Assembly: GCA_964438505.1 (NCBI GenBank)
Contig: CAYTKN010000001.1
Location: forward strand, 181,509-245,508
Length of the DNA: 64,000 nucleotides
Direction: 5' to 3'
Origin: an uncultured Burkholderiales bacterium
GTDB taxonomy: Bacteria; Actinomycetota; Acidimicrobiia; IMCC26256; JACPCJ01
The notes under the pieces: generated by a model
Databases searched by the model: none
Told to the model about the DNA's origin: nothing
The model's input: only the letters and a program-made list of their open reading frames with translations
Program-made: the position numbers and the translations under genes
Shown: piece after piece, positions 1-9,756 of the stretch
Layout of the letters: the number at the start of each line of letters is the position of its first letter
Numbering within the stretch: position 1 is the first letter of the stretch

Positions 1-401
1 AGCGCCAGGATCCGCGCGGCGAGCCACGCGGCGTTCTGGGTCCCGTCGACGGCGACGGTCGCCACCGGCACGCCCTTGGGCATCTGGACGGTCGCCAGCA
101 GCGCGTCGAGGCCGTCGAGGGTGCCACCCGAGAGGGGGATGCCGATCACGGGCAACGGGCTCACGGCGGCGAGCACCCCGGCGAGGTGGTTCGCCATGCC
201 GGCCGCGCCCACGAGCACCTTGAGGCCCCGCTCGGCCGCGGACGTCGCGTACTCGTGGACGGCGTCGGGCGTGCGGTGCGCGGAGAGCACGCGGACCTCG
301 TGGGCGACGCCGAGGTCGTCGAGGACGGCGGTCGCCTTCTCGATCTTGGGCCAGTCGTTCGGGGAGCCCATGAGCAGGCCTACGAGCGGTCCTTCGGGCA
401 C
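1..401 (-). CDS. purE: N5-carboxyaminoimidazole ribonucleotide mutase PurE (3' end lies outside the window)
   Basis: Reverse-strand translation from GTG at 401 reads [54 protein letters not shown]..., a class I PurE pattern. It is absent from the ORF track because there is no stop inside the window. Confidence 0.8.
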   Translation of the reverse strand, partial: MPEGPLVGLLMGSPNDWPKIEKATAVLDDLGVAHEVRVLSAHRTPDAVHEYATSAAERGLKVLVGAAGMANHLAGVLAAVSPLPVIGIPLSGGTLDGLDALLATVQMPKGVPVATVAVDGTQNAAWLAARILA

Positions 402-455
402 GGCAACTCCTCTCTCGGTTGTGTCCCTGGGAGCGCGTCACCCTACCGTGTGCCG

Positions 456-1190
456 ATGCGCCTCTCCCCGAATCCCCCGACGAATCCGCTGCGTTCCCGG
501 CAGCGTTCCCTGCTGTCGCGCTTCCGGGAACGACGCCTCGCGGCGGCGCTGGCCGCCTCGACGCTCGTCCTCGTGTCGCTGGCGTCCTGCGGGGACGACG
601 GCAGTGACGGCGGCAGTGACGCCGCGAGCGACGCGGATGGTGCCGCTGCGGTGGACGACGCCGAGGATGCCGACGCCGAGGATGCCGATGCTGACGACGC
701 CGGCGAGACCGTCACGGTCGGCAACCCCGACGACCCGTGCAGCCTGCTCTCCCCGTCCGACTTCGAGGAGGTGCTCGGCGCCACGTCGGTCTCGGACCCC
801 GAGGACGTGAGCGAGGCGTTCGGCTTCGCCAACGAGGGGCAGACGGGGATCGAGTCGTCGACCTGCCAGTGGCAGGTCGAGCGATCCGGGGACGACGTGG
901 CGTTCGAGTCGTTCTCGGTGCAGCTCCGGGTCGTCGCCGGAGCGGGAGCGCAGGAGGCCTACGAGGCCCAGATCGACTTCGTCGAGACCAGCGCGACCGA
1001 GCCGGCGGGCCGGCCCGAGCCGATCGAGGTGGGCGCACGCGAGGCCGTCTCCTACCGGGACTTCGGCGACCCCGTCGTCGTCGCCCTCGCCCCCGAGCTG
1101 GCGGTCAACCTGGACTCCAGCTCCGACGACCTCGACATCGGCTCCGTCGCCGAGCTGGTGGAGCGCGTCCTGGACGCCGCGGAGGGCTGA
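456..1190 (+). CDS. putative acidic lipoprotein, function unknown
   Basis: Internal ATG of track ORF 186..1190. The N-terminus ...RRLAAALAASTLVLVSLASCGDDG is a signal peptide plus lipobox (LASC). A D/A-rich linker follows. The upstream part of the track ORF is antisense to purE. Confidence 0.6.
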   Translation: MRLSPNPPTNPLRSRQRSLLSRFRERRLAAALAASTLVLVSLASCGDDGSDGGSDAASDADGAAAVDDAEDADAEDADADDAGETVTVGNPDDPCSLLSPSDFEEVLGATSVSDPEDVSEAFGFANEGQTGIESSTCQWQVERSGDDVAFESFSVQLRVVAGAGAQEAYEAQIDFVETSATEPAGRPEPIEVGAREAVSYRDFGDPVVVALAPELAVNLDSSSDDLDIGSVAELVERVLDAAEG

Positions 1191-1197
1191 TCGGCGG

Positions 1198-2751
1198 TCA
1201 CGGGCGCAGGCCGTGGCCACGCGGTCCCGGCTCGCGCAGGGGAGCGGCCAGCTCGGCGAACTCGCACAGCAGCGGGCGCGTGTCGCGGGGGTCGATGATC
1301 TCCTCGACCATGAACGCCTCGGCGGTGCGGAACGGGGAGCGCACCAGGTTCATGCGCTCCTCGATGTCCCGGCGCATCGCCTCGGGGTCCTCGGCCTCCT
1401 CGAGCTGGGCCTTGAACGCCGCCTCGATCCCGCCCTCGAGGGGGAGCGAGCCCCAGTCGCCCGACGGCCAGGCGTAGCGGTACCGGAGTCGGGAGGCGTC
1501 CTGGTGGGCGGCCCCGGCGACCCCGAAGACCTTGCGGAGGATCACCGAGCACCACGGGACCCGCGCCTGGTAGACGGCCGCCAGCGCGCGGGCGCCGTGG
1601 CGGATCGTGGCCTCGGCCTCGGCGGCCGTCCCGATCACGAACCCGGGGTTGTCGACCAGGTGCACCACCGGCAGGTGGAAGGTGTCGGCGAGGTCGACGA
1701 AGCGCTCGACCTTGCGAGCGGCGTTCGCCGTCCACCCGCCCCCGTACACGTAGGGGTCGTTGGCGAGCACGCCGACCGGCCAGCCGTCGAGGCGGGCCAG
1801 GCCCGTCACCGCGGAGCGTCCCCACCGCCGCCCGATCTCGAGGAACGAGCCCGCGTCCACCACCGACTCGACGACGGGGCGGATCTTGTAGACCCTGCGG
1901 CGGTCGCGGGGCACCGCGCCGATCAGCCACCCGTCCCGGCGCTGCGGGTCGTCGGAGGGCTCGGCCTTCGGCGGCACGTCGTGCACCGACGACGGCAGGT
2001 ACGAGAGGACGCGCCGCGCCCGCTCGAACGCCTCCTCTTCGGTGTCCACCTCGTCGTCGACCGCCCCGGTGCTCGCGTGGACGGCGCTGCCGCCGAGCTC
2101 CTCCTTGCCGACCTCCTCGCCGAGGCGGGCCACGACCGGCGGCCCGGCCACGAACATCTGGGCGCTGCCCCGCACCATGAGCGAGTAGTGGCTGCTCACC
2201 AGGCGGGCAGCGCCGAGGCCGGCCACCGGTCCCAGGCCGAGGGAGACGATCGGCACCGTCGCGAGGTTGTCGACCACCCACTCCCAGCCCGGGTTCCACG
2301 GCACGTAGGTGCGGCCCATCGTGTCGAGGGAGCGCACCGAACCGCCGCCGCCGGTGCCGTCGACGAGGCGGACGAGGGGGAGGCGTAGCTCGTTGGCCAT
2401 CTGCTCGGCCATGACCTGCTTGGCGAAGATCGACGCGTCGGCGGCGCCGCCGCGCACCGTGAAGTCGTCGCCGCCGGCCACCACGGTGCGCCCGTCGATC
2501 CGCCCGCGGCCGAACACGAAGTTGGCGGGCGTGAACCCCGAGAGCTCGGTGCCCTCGTACTCGGCGCGCCCGGCGAGCGCGCCGATCTCGTGGAAGGAGC
2601 CGTCGTCGAGGAGCGCGTCGAGGCGCTCGCGGACGGTGAGCCGGCCGGCCCGGTGCTGGCGCTCGACCTTCTCGGGCCCGCCCATGGCCCGGGCGAGCTC
2701 CTCGCGCCGCGCCAGCTCCTCGACCTCGGGTTCCCAGGACTCGTCGGCCAC
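1198..2751 (-). CDS. acyl-CoA carboxylase carboxyltransferase (beta) subunit, PccB/AccD family
   Basis: Track ORF 1198..2823. I moved the start to GTG 2751 (VADESWEPEVEEL...), which leaves a divergent promoter gap. Motifs: RLTVRERLDALLD, DFTVRGGA, PLVRLVDGTGGG, LANDPYVYGGGW, VVHLVDNPGF. Confidence 0.85.
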   Translation of the reverse strand: MADESWEPEVEELARREELARAMGGPEKVERQHRAGRLTVRERLDALLDDGSFHEIGALAGRAEYEGTELSGFTPANFVFGRGRIDGRTVVAGGDDFTVRGGAADASIFAKQVMAEQMANELRLPLVRLVDGTGGGGSVRSLDTMGRTYVPWNPGWEWVVDNLATVPIVSLGLGPVAGLGAARLVSSHYSLMVRGSAQMFVAGPPVVARLGEEVGKEELGGSAVHASTGAVDDEVDTEEEAFERARRVLSYLPSSVHDVPPKAEPSDDPQRRDGWLIGAVPRDRRRVYKIRPVVESVVDAGSFLEIGRRWGRSAVTGLARLDGWPVGVLANDPYVYGGGWTANAARKVERFVDLADTFHLPVVHLVDNPGFVIGTAAEAEATIRHGARALAAVYQARVPWCSVILRKVFGVAGAAHQDASRLRYRYAWPSGDWGSLPLEGGIEAAFKAQLEEAEDPEAMRRDIEERMNLVRSPFRTAEAFMVEEIIDPRDTRPLLCEFAELAAPLREPGPRGHGLRP

Positions 2752-2849
2752 GGCCGGCAGGCTACCCGGGTCGGCTGTGTGCGACGTCTGCGGGCGTCGT
2801 GTGCCAGACTCCGCGCCGCACATCCGGTGGATCTCAGGGGAGACCTCTC

Positions 2850-3218
2850 ATGCAGAACCGCACTGTCCTGCGCGCGCTCGCGCTCGCGTTCGTCCTCGTG
2901 TTCGTCGGCGCCGCGTGCGGTGACGACGACGGCGGCGACGCCGCGGACGACACCGAGCAGACCGAAGACGGCACCGGCACGGCCGACGGCGACGCCAACG
3001 GCGACGGCGAGGCCGCGGCCGGCGGTGACTCCGAGGTCTGCGACATCCTCTCGCAGCAGGAGGAGCCCTCCGAGGAGGACCTCCAGGCGCTGCGCGACGC
3101 CTCGCCCGAGATCGGCGAAGCGGTCGACGAGATCCTCGCGGCGGGTCAGAACGCCGGCGAGGAGGCCGCCGAGGCGATCCAGGTGGTCACCGACTACCTG
3201 ACGGAGAACTGCACCTGA
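2850..3218 (+). CDS. putative acidic lipoprotein, function unknown
   Basis: ATG at 2850 inside ORF 2799..3218, preceded by an AGGGGA RBS. The signal peptide MQNRTVLRALALAFVLVFVGAAC carries a lipobox Cys. The mature part is D/E/G-rich. Confidence 0.55.
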   Translation: MQNRTVLRALALAFVLVFVGAACGDDDGGDAADDTEQTEDGTGTADGDANGDGEAAAGGDSEVCDILSQQEEPSEEDLQALRDASPEIGEAVDEILAAGQNAGEEAAEAIQVVTDYLTENCT

Positions 3219-3307
3219 CCGGAACTGCCCGCGCCCGCGACCTCCCGGCTCGCTGGCGCGACGCGCTGCTCACCGGGAACCTGCCCGAGGCCGGCCACGT
3301 CGACCTC

Positions 3308-4228
3308 GTGACGAGGTGGCTGGTGCTCACCCGGGCGGCGGTGCTGCCGATGACGGTCACCTCGGGTGTCGTCGCGGCGTTGCTGGCCGTCGGCCACCCG
3401 GACCTCCACACCGGGTGGCTGGCGCTGGCGCTGGTGGGCGTGGTGCTCGCCCACGTCGCCAACAACCTGATGAACGACCTCTCGGACCTGCGCGCCGGGA
3501 CCGACACCGACGAGTACCCGCGGGCGCTCTACGCCCCGCACCCGGTGCTCTCGGGCTTGACGACCACCAGACGGCTCGCCGCCATCGCCCTGGCGGTGAA
3601 CCTGGCGGACCTCGCCATCATGGTCACGCTCTTCGTAGCGCGGGGCTGGCCGATCCTCGCCTTCGCGCTCGGCGGGTTCGTGCTCTCGGTCGCCTACACC
3701 TCGCCTCCGCTGCGGCTCAAGAAGCGGGGTCTGGGCGAGGCGACCGTGTTCGTGGTGTGGGGCCCGCTCATGGTGGCCGGCACGTTCTACGCGGCCGTCG
3801 GCGAGGTCACCTGGGAGGTGCTGGCCGCGTCGGTGCCGTACGCGCTGCTCTCCACGGCGGTGCTGATGGGCAAGCACGTCGACAAGCTCCCCTGGGACGC
3901 CGCGGACGGCACCGCCACCCTGCCGGTGCTCCTGGGCGAGGCGCGGGCGCGGCGCGCCACCCAGGCGATGATGGTCGCCTTCTACCCGGCGTTGGTGCTC
4001 CTCGTGGCGCTCGGCGCCCTGCCGGCGACCGTGCTGGTGGCGCTGGTCGGGATCACCGGCCTCGCCCGGGTGTGGTCCGCGTTCGACCGGCCCCGGCCCG
4101 AGGAGCCGCCGCGGCGCTGGCCGATCTGGCCGCTGTGGTTCGCGGCGCTGGCGTTCGTGCACACGCGACGCGCCGGGGCGCTGTTCGTGGCCGGCCTCGC
4201 CGGCGGCGCCGCCCTCGGCTGGACGTGA
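3308..4228 (+). CDS. UbiA-family aromatic prenyltransferase (MenA-like)
   Basis: Polytopic membrane ORF with the Asp-rich UbiA motif NNLMNDLSDLRAGTDTD. The true start may lie upstream. Confidence 0.75.
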   Translation: MTRWLVLTRAAVLPMTVTSGVVAALLAVGHPDLHTGWLALALVGVVLAHVANNLMNDLSDLRAGTDTDEYPRALYAPHPVLSGLTTTRRLAAIALAVNLADLAIMVTLFVARGWPILAFALGGFVLSVAYTSPPLRLKKRGLGEATVFVVWGPLMVAGTFYAAVGEVTWEVLAASVPYALLSTAVLMGKHVDKLPWDAADGTATLPVLLGEARARRATQAMMVAFYPALVLLVALGALPATVLVALVGITGLARVWSAFDRPRPEEPPRRWPIWPLWFAALAFVHTRRAGALFVAGLAGGAALGWT

Positions 4229-4280
4229 CCCCGGTCACCGGCCGGTTGCCCCGCCCGGGCGTCGCGGGCAGCCTGGGGCC

Positions 4281-5561
4281 ATGAGCGAGCGCGTGACCGG
4301 AGACGTGACGGGAGACGCCGCGCCGGTCGTCTTCAACCCGTTCGAGCCGGGGTTCTTCGAGGACCCCTACGAGCAGTACGCAGCGTTGCGCGAGCACGAC
4401 CCCGTGCACCACAGCGTGCTCGGCCCCTGGTTCCTGTGGCGCCACGAGGACGTCGAGCGCGTGGTGCGCGATCCCGACCTGTCGGTGGACATCGACAACG
4501 CCGCCCCGCTGGCGCGCATGCAGATGTTCGAGGAGGCCCTCGAGTCGCTCGACGCTGGCGACGAGGCGACCGCCGCGGCGGCGGCCCGTGAGCGGGGGTC
4601 GCGGGCCATCCTCAACATCGACCCGCCCGACCACACCCGGCTGCGCCGCCTCGTCTCGAAGGTGTTCACCCCGAAGGCGGTCGAGGCGCTCGCGCCCCGC
4701 GCCCGACAGATCGTCGACGAGCACCTCGATCGCGCCGCGGCGCGGGGCTCGATGGACGTGGTCGCGGACCTGGCGTTCCCGCTGCCGGTGCAGGTCATCT
4801 CCGACATGCTGGGCATGCCCGAGGGCGACCGCGACCTGCTGCGCGACTGGTCGCACCGCCTGGCGGGGACGCTCGACCCCGTCCTCCCGCCCGAGGAGAT
4901 CCGCGCCGCGCTCGAGGCGTCCGTGCGGATGGGCGAGTACATGCGCGAGGTGATCGCCGAGAAGCGCCGCCGGCCCGACGACGGCCTCCTCAGCGCCTTC
5001 GTCCACGCCGAGGACGACGGCGACGTGCTGAGCGAGGACGAGGTGCTCGACAACGTGATCCTCCTCTACATCGCCGGCCACGAGACGACCGTCAACCTGA
5101 TCGGCAACGGGGTCCTCGCGCTCCTCCAGCACCCCGACCAGCTCGAGGCGCTGCGGCGCGATCCGTCGCTAGTGTCCAACGCGGTGGAGGAGTGCCTCCG
5201 CTGGGACAGCCCCGTCCAGCTCACCCGCCGGGTCACCCTGGCCGAGCTCGAGGTGGACGGCCGGCGGATCGAGCCGGGTTCGGTGGTGCTCCCCGGCCTC
5301 GGCTCGGCCAACCGCGACCCGGCGTTCTGGGGCGAGACCGCGGGCGACTTCGACGTGGCCCGCGAGGACGCCCGCCGGCACCTGTCCTTCGGCGGCGGCG
5401 TGCACCACTGCCTCGGCGCCGCGCTCGCCCGCCTCGAGGCGCGGGTGGCGATCGGGTCGCTCGTGGAGCGGTTCCCCGGCCTCGCGCTCGCCGGCGAGGC
5501 GGTGCGCGACCGGCGGGTGGTGCTGCGCGGCCTCGAGGCGCTGCCCGTCGACCTGGCCTGA
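4281..5561 (+). CDS. cytochrome P450
   Basis: I-helix AGHETT, ExxR (EECLRW) and the heme-thiolate loop FGGGVHHCLGAALA. Confidence 0.9.
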   Translation: MSERVTGDVTGDAAPVVFNPFEPGFFEDPYEQYAALREHDPVHHSVLGPWFLWRHEDVERVVRDPDLSVDIDNAAPLARMQMFEEALESLDAGDEATAAAAARERGSRAILNIDPPDHTRLRRLVSKVFTPKAVEALAPRARQIVDEHLDRAAARGSMDVVADLAFPLPVQVISDMLGMPEGDRDLLRDWSHRLAGTLDPVLPPEEIRAALEASVRMGEYMREVIAEKRRRPDDGLLSAFVHAEDDGDVLSEDEVLDNVILLYIAGHETTVNLIGNGVLALLQHPDQLEALRRDPSLVSNAVEECLRWDSPVQLTRRVTLAELEVDGRRIEPGSVVLPGLGSANRDPAFWGETAGDFDVAREDARRHLSFGGGVHHCLGAALARLEARVAIGSLVERFPGLALAGEAVRDRRVVLRGLEALPVDLA

Positions 5562-5587
5562 CTGGGCCCGGGCCGTAGGATCGGGGT

Positions 5588-7306
5588 GTGGCCCGTACGA
5601 ACGAGACCGTGGCCGGGTTGCTCGCCGAGTACGCCGACCTGCTCTCGATCCGTGGCGACGACCGGTTCCGCATCCGCGCCTACGAGAACGCCGCCCGGTC
5701 GGTGCGCGGCTCCCAGCGGGACGTCGCGGACCTCTCGGTGCGGGAGCTGACCGACCTGGCCCACGTCGGCCGGTCGATCGCCGAGAAGATCCGCGAGTAC
5801 GTCGACACCGGGACGATCGGCAAGCTCGAGGAGCTGCGATCCGAGGTCGGCGGCGGCGTGCGCGACCTCCTCGACGTGCCGGGCCTCGGCCCGAAGCGAG
5901 CCGCCCGGCTCCACGACGAGCTCGGCGTCGCCACGGTCGACGACCTGCGCGCCGCGGCCCGGGAGGGGGCGCTGCGCGAGCTCGAGGGCTTCGGCGAGAC
6001 GATGGAGGCCAAGATCCTCGACGCGCTCGCCGCCCCGTCGGCCGCGCAGCGCGTCCACATCGGTGTCGCCCGCTCTCTCGCCTCGGCGGTGGTCGAGGAG
6101 CTCTCGGGGCTCTCGCAGGTGCGCCGCATCGAGCGCGCGGGGTCGCTGCGGCGCGTCCGCGAGACCATCGGCGACGTCGACGTGCTCGTCGCGAGCACCG
6201 AGCCCGAGCCGATCATGGACGCCTTCTGCGAGCTGGAACCGGTCCGCGAGGTCCTCGCCCACGGCACCACGAAGTCGTCGGTCGTCACGACCGAGGGGGT
6301 GCAGGTCGACCTGCGCGTCGTCGCCCCGGAGGTGTGGGGGGCGGCGCTCGTGTACTTCACCGGCTCGAAGGCCCACAACGTCAAGATCCGCGAGCGGGCG
6401 GTGCGGCGGGGCCTCAAGCTGTCCGAGTACGGACTGTTCCGGGCGGAGACCGACGAGCTCCTCGCCGCCGAGACCGAGGAGGACGTCTACGAGGCGCTCG
6501 ACCTGCCGTGGATCCCGCCGACGCTGCGCGAGGACCGCGGCGAGGTGGAGGCGGCCGAGCGCGGCGAGCTGCCGGAGCTCGTCGAGGTGGGCGACGTGCG
6601 CGGCGATCTGCACGGGCACACCACCCTCACCGACGGGGTCGCCACCCTCGAGGAGATGGTGGAGGCCGCCGAAGCCCGGGGTCTGGAGTACTACGCGATC
6701 ACCGACCACGCGCCGCTGCTGACCATGCAGCGGATGACCCGCGAGAAGGCGCTGGAGCAGCGCGAGCGGGTGCGGGAGCTGGACGCGAAGGTCGGGTTGG
6801 CGCTGCTGCACGGCTCGGAGCTCAACATCACCGAGGACGGGTCGCTCGACTGGGACGACGAGTTCCTCGCCGGCTTCGACGTGCTGGTCGCCTCGATCCA
6901 CTCGCACTTCGACCTGTCGAAGGAGCGTCAGACGAAGCGGCTGGTGCGGGCGATCGAGAACCCCCACGTCGCGGTGATCGGCCATCCGACGGCGCGGCGC
7001 TTCGCCAAGCGCGACTCGATCGACTTCGACGTGGACGCGGTGTGCGAGGCGGCCGCCCGCACCGGCACCGCGCTGGAGGTCAACGCCCAGCCGGAGCGCC
7101 TCGACCTGCCCGACGAGCTGGTGCGGGTCGCCCGGGACCGAGGGGTGAAGCTGGTGATCTCCACCGACAGCCATGCGGTGACCGAGCTCGACAACCTGCC
7201 CCTGGGTGTCGGCACCGCCCAGCGGGGATGGGCCACCCGCGACGACGTGGTCAACACGCGGTCGCTGGACGACTTCCGGGCGCACCTGTCGAAGGGGCGG
7301 GGCTAG
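5588..7306 (+). CDS. polX: DNA polymerase X family protein with C-terminal PHP phosphoesterase domain
   Basis: N-terminal Pol-beta-like HhH region plus nucleotidyltransferase motif (IGDVDVLV). C-terminal PHP motifs (GDLHGHTTLTDG, ITDHAP, HSH). Confidence 0.85.
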   Translation: MARTNETVAGLLAEYADLLSIRGDDRFRIRAYENAARSVRGSQRDVADLSVRELTDLAHVGRSIAEKIREYVDTGTIGKLEELRSEVGGGVRDLLDVPGLGPKRAARLHDELGVATVDDLRAAAREGALRELEGFGETMEAKILDALAAPSAAQRVHIGVARSLASAVVEELSGLSQVRRIERAGSLRRVRETIGDVDVLVASTEPEPIMDAFCELEPVREVLAHGTTKSSVVTTEGVQVDLRVVAPEVWGAALVYFTGSKAHNVKIRERAVRRGLKLSEYGLFRAETDELLAAETEEDVYEALDLPWIPPTLREDRGEVEAAERGELPELVEVGDVRGDLHGHTTLTDGVATLEEMVEAAEARGLEYYAITDHAPLLTMQRMTREKALEQRERVRELDAKVGLALLHGSELNITEDGSLDWDDEFLAGFDVLVASIHSHFDLSKERQTKRLVRAIENPHVAVIGHPTARRFAKRDSIDFDVDAVCEAAARTGTALEVNAQPERLDLPDELVRVARDRGVKLVISTDSHAVTELDNLPLGVGTAQRGWATRDDVVNTRSLDDFRAHLSKGRG

Positions 7307-7435
7307 CCGACGGTCCGGCGCGGGCGCTGCTCCGGTTCCTGCGCCGTACCCGGGGCCCGGTGGAGGCTCACCAACGGGGCCCGCGGGCACGGCACAGACG
7401 GTGGTCCGGTCGCGACGCCCGCGACGGACCGCGGA

Positions 7436-8569
7436 TCAGAGGCCCGGGGTGGTGCTGCTCGGGGCCGTGTTGCTGGAAGCGTCGTCGGGGAGCGTGGGGG
7501 CCTCGGGGTCGGGCACACCGTCGCCGTCGTCGTCGGCGCAGACGCCGATGCTCCCGTGGTCGGGGTTGCTGTCCTCGCCGGTCACGAACCGCCGGCACTC
7601 GTCGATCTCGGAGCCCAGCGAGATCCCGAGCTCGTCGATGGTGTCGCCGGGGTTGGCGCATACGACCGTGTCGGATCCGCTGTCGGGTCCCTCGTCGGCG
7701 CCGATGCAGAGGCCGTTGTCGGCCGAGCGGCCGTCGTCGGGCTCGTCGGACGGGTCCTCGCAGCCCTCCTCGTTGGAGGGGTGGTCGTTGCCGAGCGACA
7801 CGTACGGCCCCGGGGCCGGGTCGACGTCGTTCACGTCCGCCCAGATGTGCGCGCAGCTCTGGTCGGTGAGGTTCACGCAGGCCGCTCCGACGGGGGTCTG
7901 GACCGAGAACGCGTTGTCGGAGGGGTCGAGCTCGGCGGGCGGGCACTCGTTGCTGCCGGTGAGGCCGTCGTCGCCGTCGCCGTCGTCGTCGTCGTTGCCC
8001 TCCTGGCAGCGGGGGCGCTGTGCGTGCTCGCCGGCCTCGTCGGCGCCGCGGTCGCACTCGGGCGTCGCGGGCGGCGTCGTGGGCGGCGCCGAGCCGTTCC
8101 CGTTCCCGTCGCCGTCGTCCTTGCAGGGGGCGTTCTCGTCGTCGTGCCAGTTGCCGGCGATGCCGTCGCGCAGCTCGGGCGTCTCGCCGCCGCCGCAGCT
8201 CCACACGCCGAACCAGCCGTCGAAGAGGGCCTCGTTGTTGCCCTCGCCGCCGTCGGAGGCGACGTGGAAGTACAGGGTCTCGGTGTCGAGCGCCACCTCG
8301 TTGGTGCCCTCGTACACGTCGTTGTCGTCGAGGCAGACGCCCGCGGCGACGCGGTCGGAGCCGTCGTCGGGGTCGGAGGAGTTGGGGCCGGCGTAGACGA
8401 AGACGCCCTCGGCGCCCACGGCGGTGTTGCCGTCCTCCGAGGTGTAGGTGCAGTCGGCCTCGGGGCTGCCGGGCTCGGTCACGTGGTCGGCCAGAGCCGT
8501 GTCCATCCCGAGTGCCGTCATCCCCGTGAGCAGGGTCAGGGACGCGATCGACGCCACCAACGCTCGCAT
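7436..8569 (-). CDS. secreted Cys- and Asp-rich protein with a thrombospondin-type-3-like Ca-binding motif
   Basis: Signal peptide MRALVASIASLTLLTGMTALGMDTALA. Many Cys, runs of D/G (DDDDGDGDDG) and CADDDGDGVPDPE. GGAGGAG RBS before the ATG. Confidence 0.6.
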   Translation of the reverse strand: MRALVASIASLTLLTGMTALGMDTALADHVTEPGSPEADCTYTSEDGNTAVGAEGVFVYAGPNSSDPDDGSDRVAAGVCLDDNDVYEGTNEVALDTETLYFHVASDGGEGNNEALFDGWFGVWSCGGGETPELRDGIAGNWHDDENAPCKDDGDGNGNGSAPPTTPPATPECDRGADEAGEHAQRPRCQEGNDDDDGDGDDGLTGSNECPPAELDPSDNAFSVQTPVGAACVNLTDQSCAHIWADVNDVDPAPGPYVSLGNDHPSNEEGCEDPSDEPDDGRSADNGLCIGADEGPDSGSDTVVCANPGDTIDELGISLGSEIDECRRFVTGEDSNPDHGSIGVCADDDGDGVPDPEAPTLPDDASSNTAPSSTTPGL

Positions 8570-8696
8570 GTGTGCTCCTCCACCGGTCGAGCTTCGTCGG
8601 AAAGATCCAGACTTGCCGGATAGGAGAGTATACTCATTTCATCGGGCCGTCAACCGCCGCGACCCCGGTGCGTGACGGGGGAGGCCGGGGAGACTG

Positions 8697-9578
8697 CTAC
8701 TCGCCGGTGGCGTAGCGCGACTCGAGCTCGTAGTGGCGGTCGACCCCCACGATCTCGCCGAAGTCGTCGAAGCTCATGAGCCAGTCGAGGTCGTCGCGCA
8801 GCGTGCCGCGCTCGGCGAGCACGCCGTAGGCGTGGCGCATCGCCCGGGCCGCCGCGAGGAGGCCGGTGAGGGGCGAGACGATCAGGTCGTAGCCGAGCTC
8901 GTGGAGCTCGTCGGGGGTGCGCAGCGGCGTCTTGCCGGTCTCGATCATGTTGGCGACCCGCACGCACCCGGGGGTGGCCTCGGCGATCGCCTCCATCTCC
9001 TCGAGCGACTCGGGTGCCTCCACGAAGATCGCGTCGACGCCGAGGTCGGCCGCGGCGCGGGCGCGGTCGATGGCCTCGTCGAGGTCGACGGCCGCGCGGG
9101 CGTCGGTGCGGGCGACGACGAAGAGGCGGTGGCGGTGGTCGAGCGCGGCGGCGAGCTTGGCGAGCCACTCGTCGCGGGGGACGATCCGCTTGCCGGCCAT
9201 GTGGCCGCACTTCTTGGGCCACACCTGGTCCTCGAGGAAGATCCCGGCCGCTCCGGCGTCCTCGTAGAGCGCGACGGTGCGGATGGTGTTGAGGGCGTTG
9301 CCGTAGCCGGTGTCGCCGTCGACGACGACCTGCGCGCCGGGCACGACGTGGCAGACGCGGCGGGCCACCTCGGCCATCTCGCTCTGGGTGACGTAGCCGA
9401 AGTCGGGGAGGCCGAGGAGCGTGGCGGCGGTGGAGTAGCCGGAGACGAACAGCGTCTCGAACCCGGCCTCGTGGGCGAGCCGTGCCGAGAGGGCGTCGTA
9501 GACGCCCGCCATCAGCACGGTGTCGCCGCGCTCGAGCCGTGCCCGCAGCGCGTCTCCCGGCGTCGCTTCGTCCGACAC
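8697..9578 (-). CDS. isocitrate lyase / PEP mutase family enzyme (methylisocitrate-lyase-like)
   Basis: Only the last 293 codons of track ORF 8697..10490, with GTG start at 9578. Motifs: VSGYSTAA, DGDTGYGN, FLEDQVWPKKCGH, VARTDA, FVEAPES. Confidence 0.8.
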   Translation of the reverse strand: MSDEATPGDALRARLERGDTVLMAGVYDALSARLAHEAGFETLFVSGYSTAATLLGLPDFGYVTQSEMAEVARRVCHVVPGAQVVVDGDTGYGNALNTIRTVALYEDAGAAGIFLEDQVWPKKCGHMAGKRIVPRDEWLAKLAAALDHRHRLFVVARTDARAAVDLDEAIDRARAAADLGVDAIFVEAPESLEEMEAIAEATPGCVRVANMIETGKTPLRTPDELHELGYDLIVSPLTGLLAAARAMRHAYGVLAERGTLRDDLDWLMSFDDFGEIVGVDRHYELESRYATGE

Positions 9579-9756
9579 GGCGGTGAGGCTACGCCATCGG
9601 CGCGCGGCGTCGCCCGGAGCGGGCGCGGCAGCGCGGCTTGCGTGGCGGTGGGACTCGGCTTCGTGGTGGGATGCGTGCGCCGGGAGCCGGTGTGCGGGCA
9701 CAGCCGGCACCGACCGACGACCGGTACGTCGTCTCCGAGCGCCGCGGGCAGGAGCC

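Noticed and set aside
5066-7390. 774-aa ORF on the minus strand
   Set aside because: It is antisense to the clearly recognisable PolX gene. Its Arg/Pro/Gly/Ala-rich translation is typical of stop-free off-frames in very GC-rich DNA.
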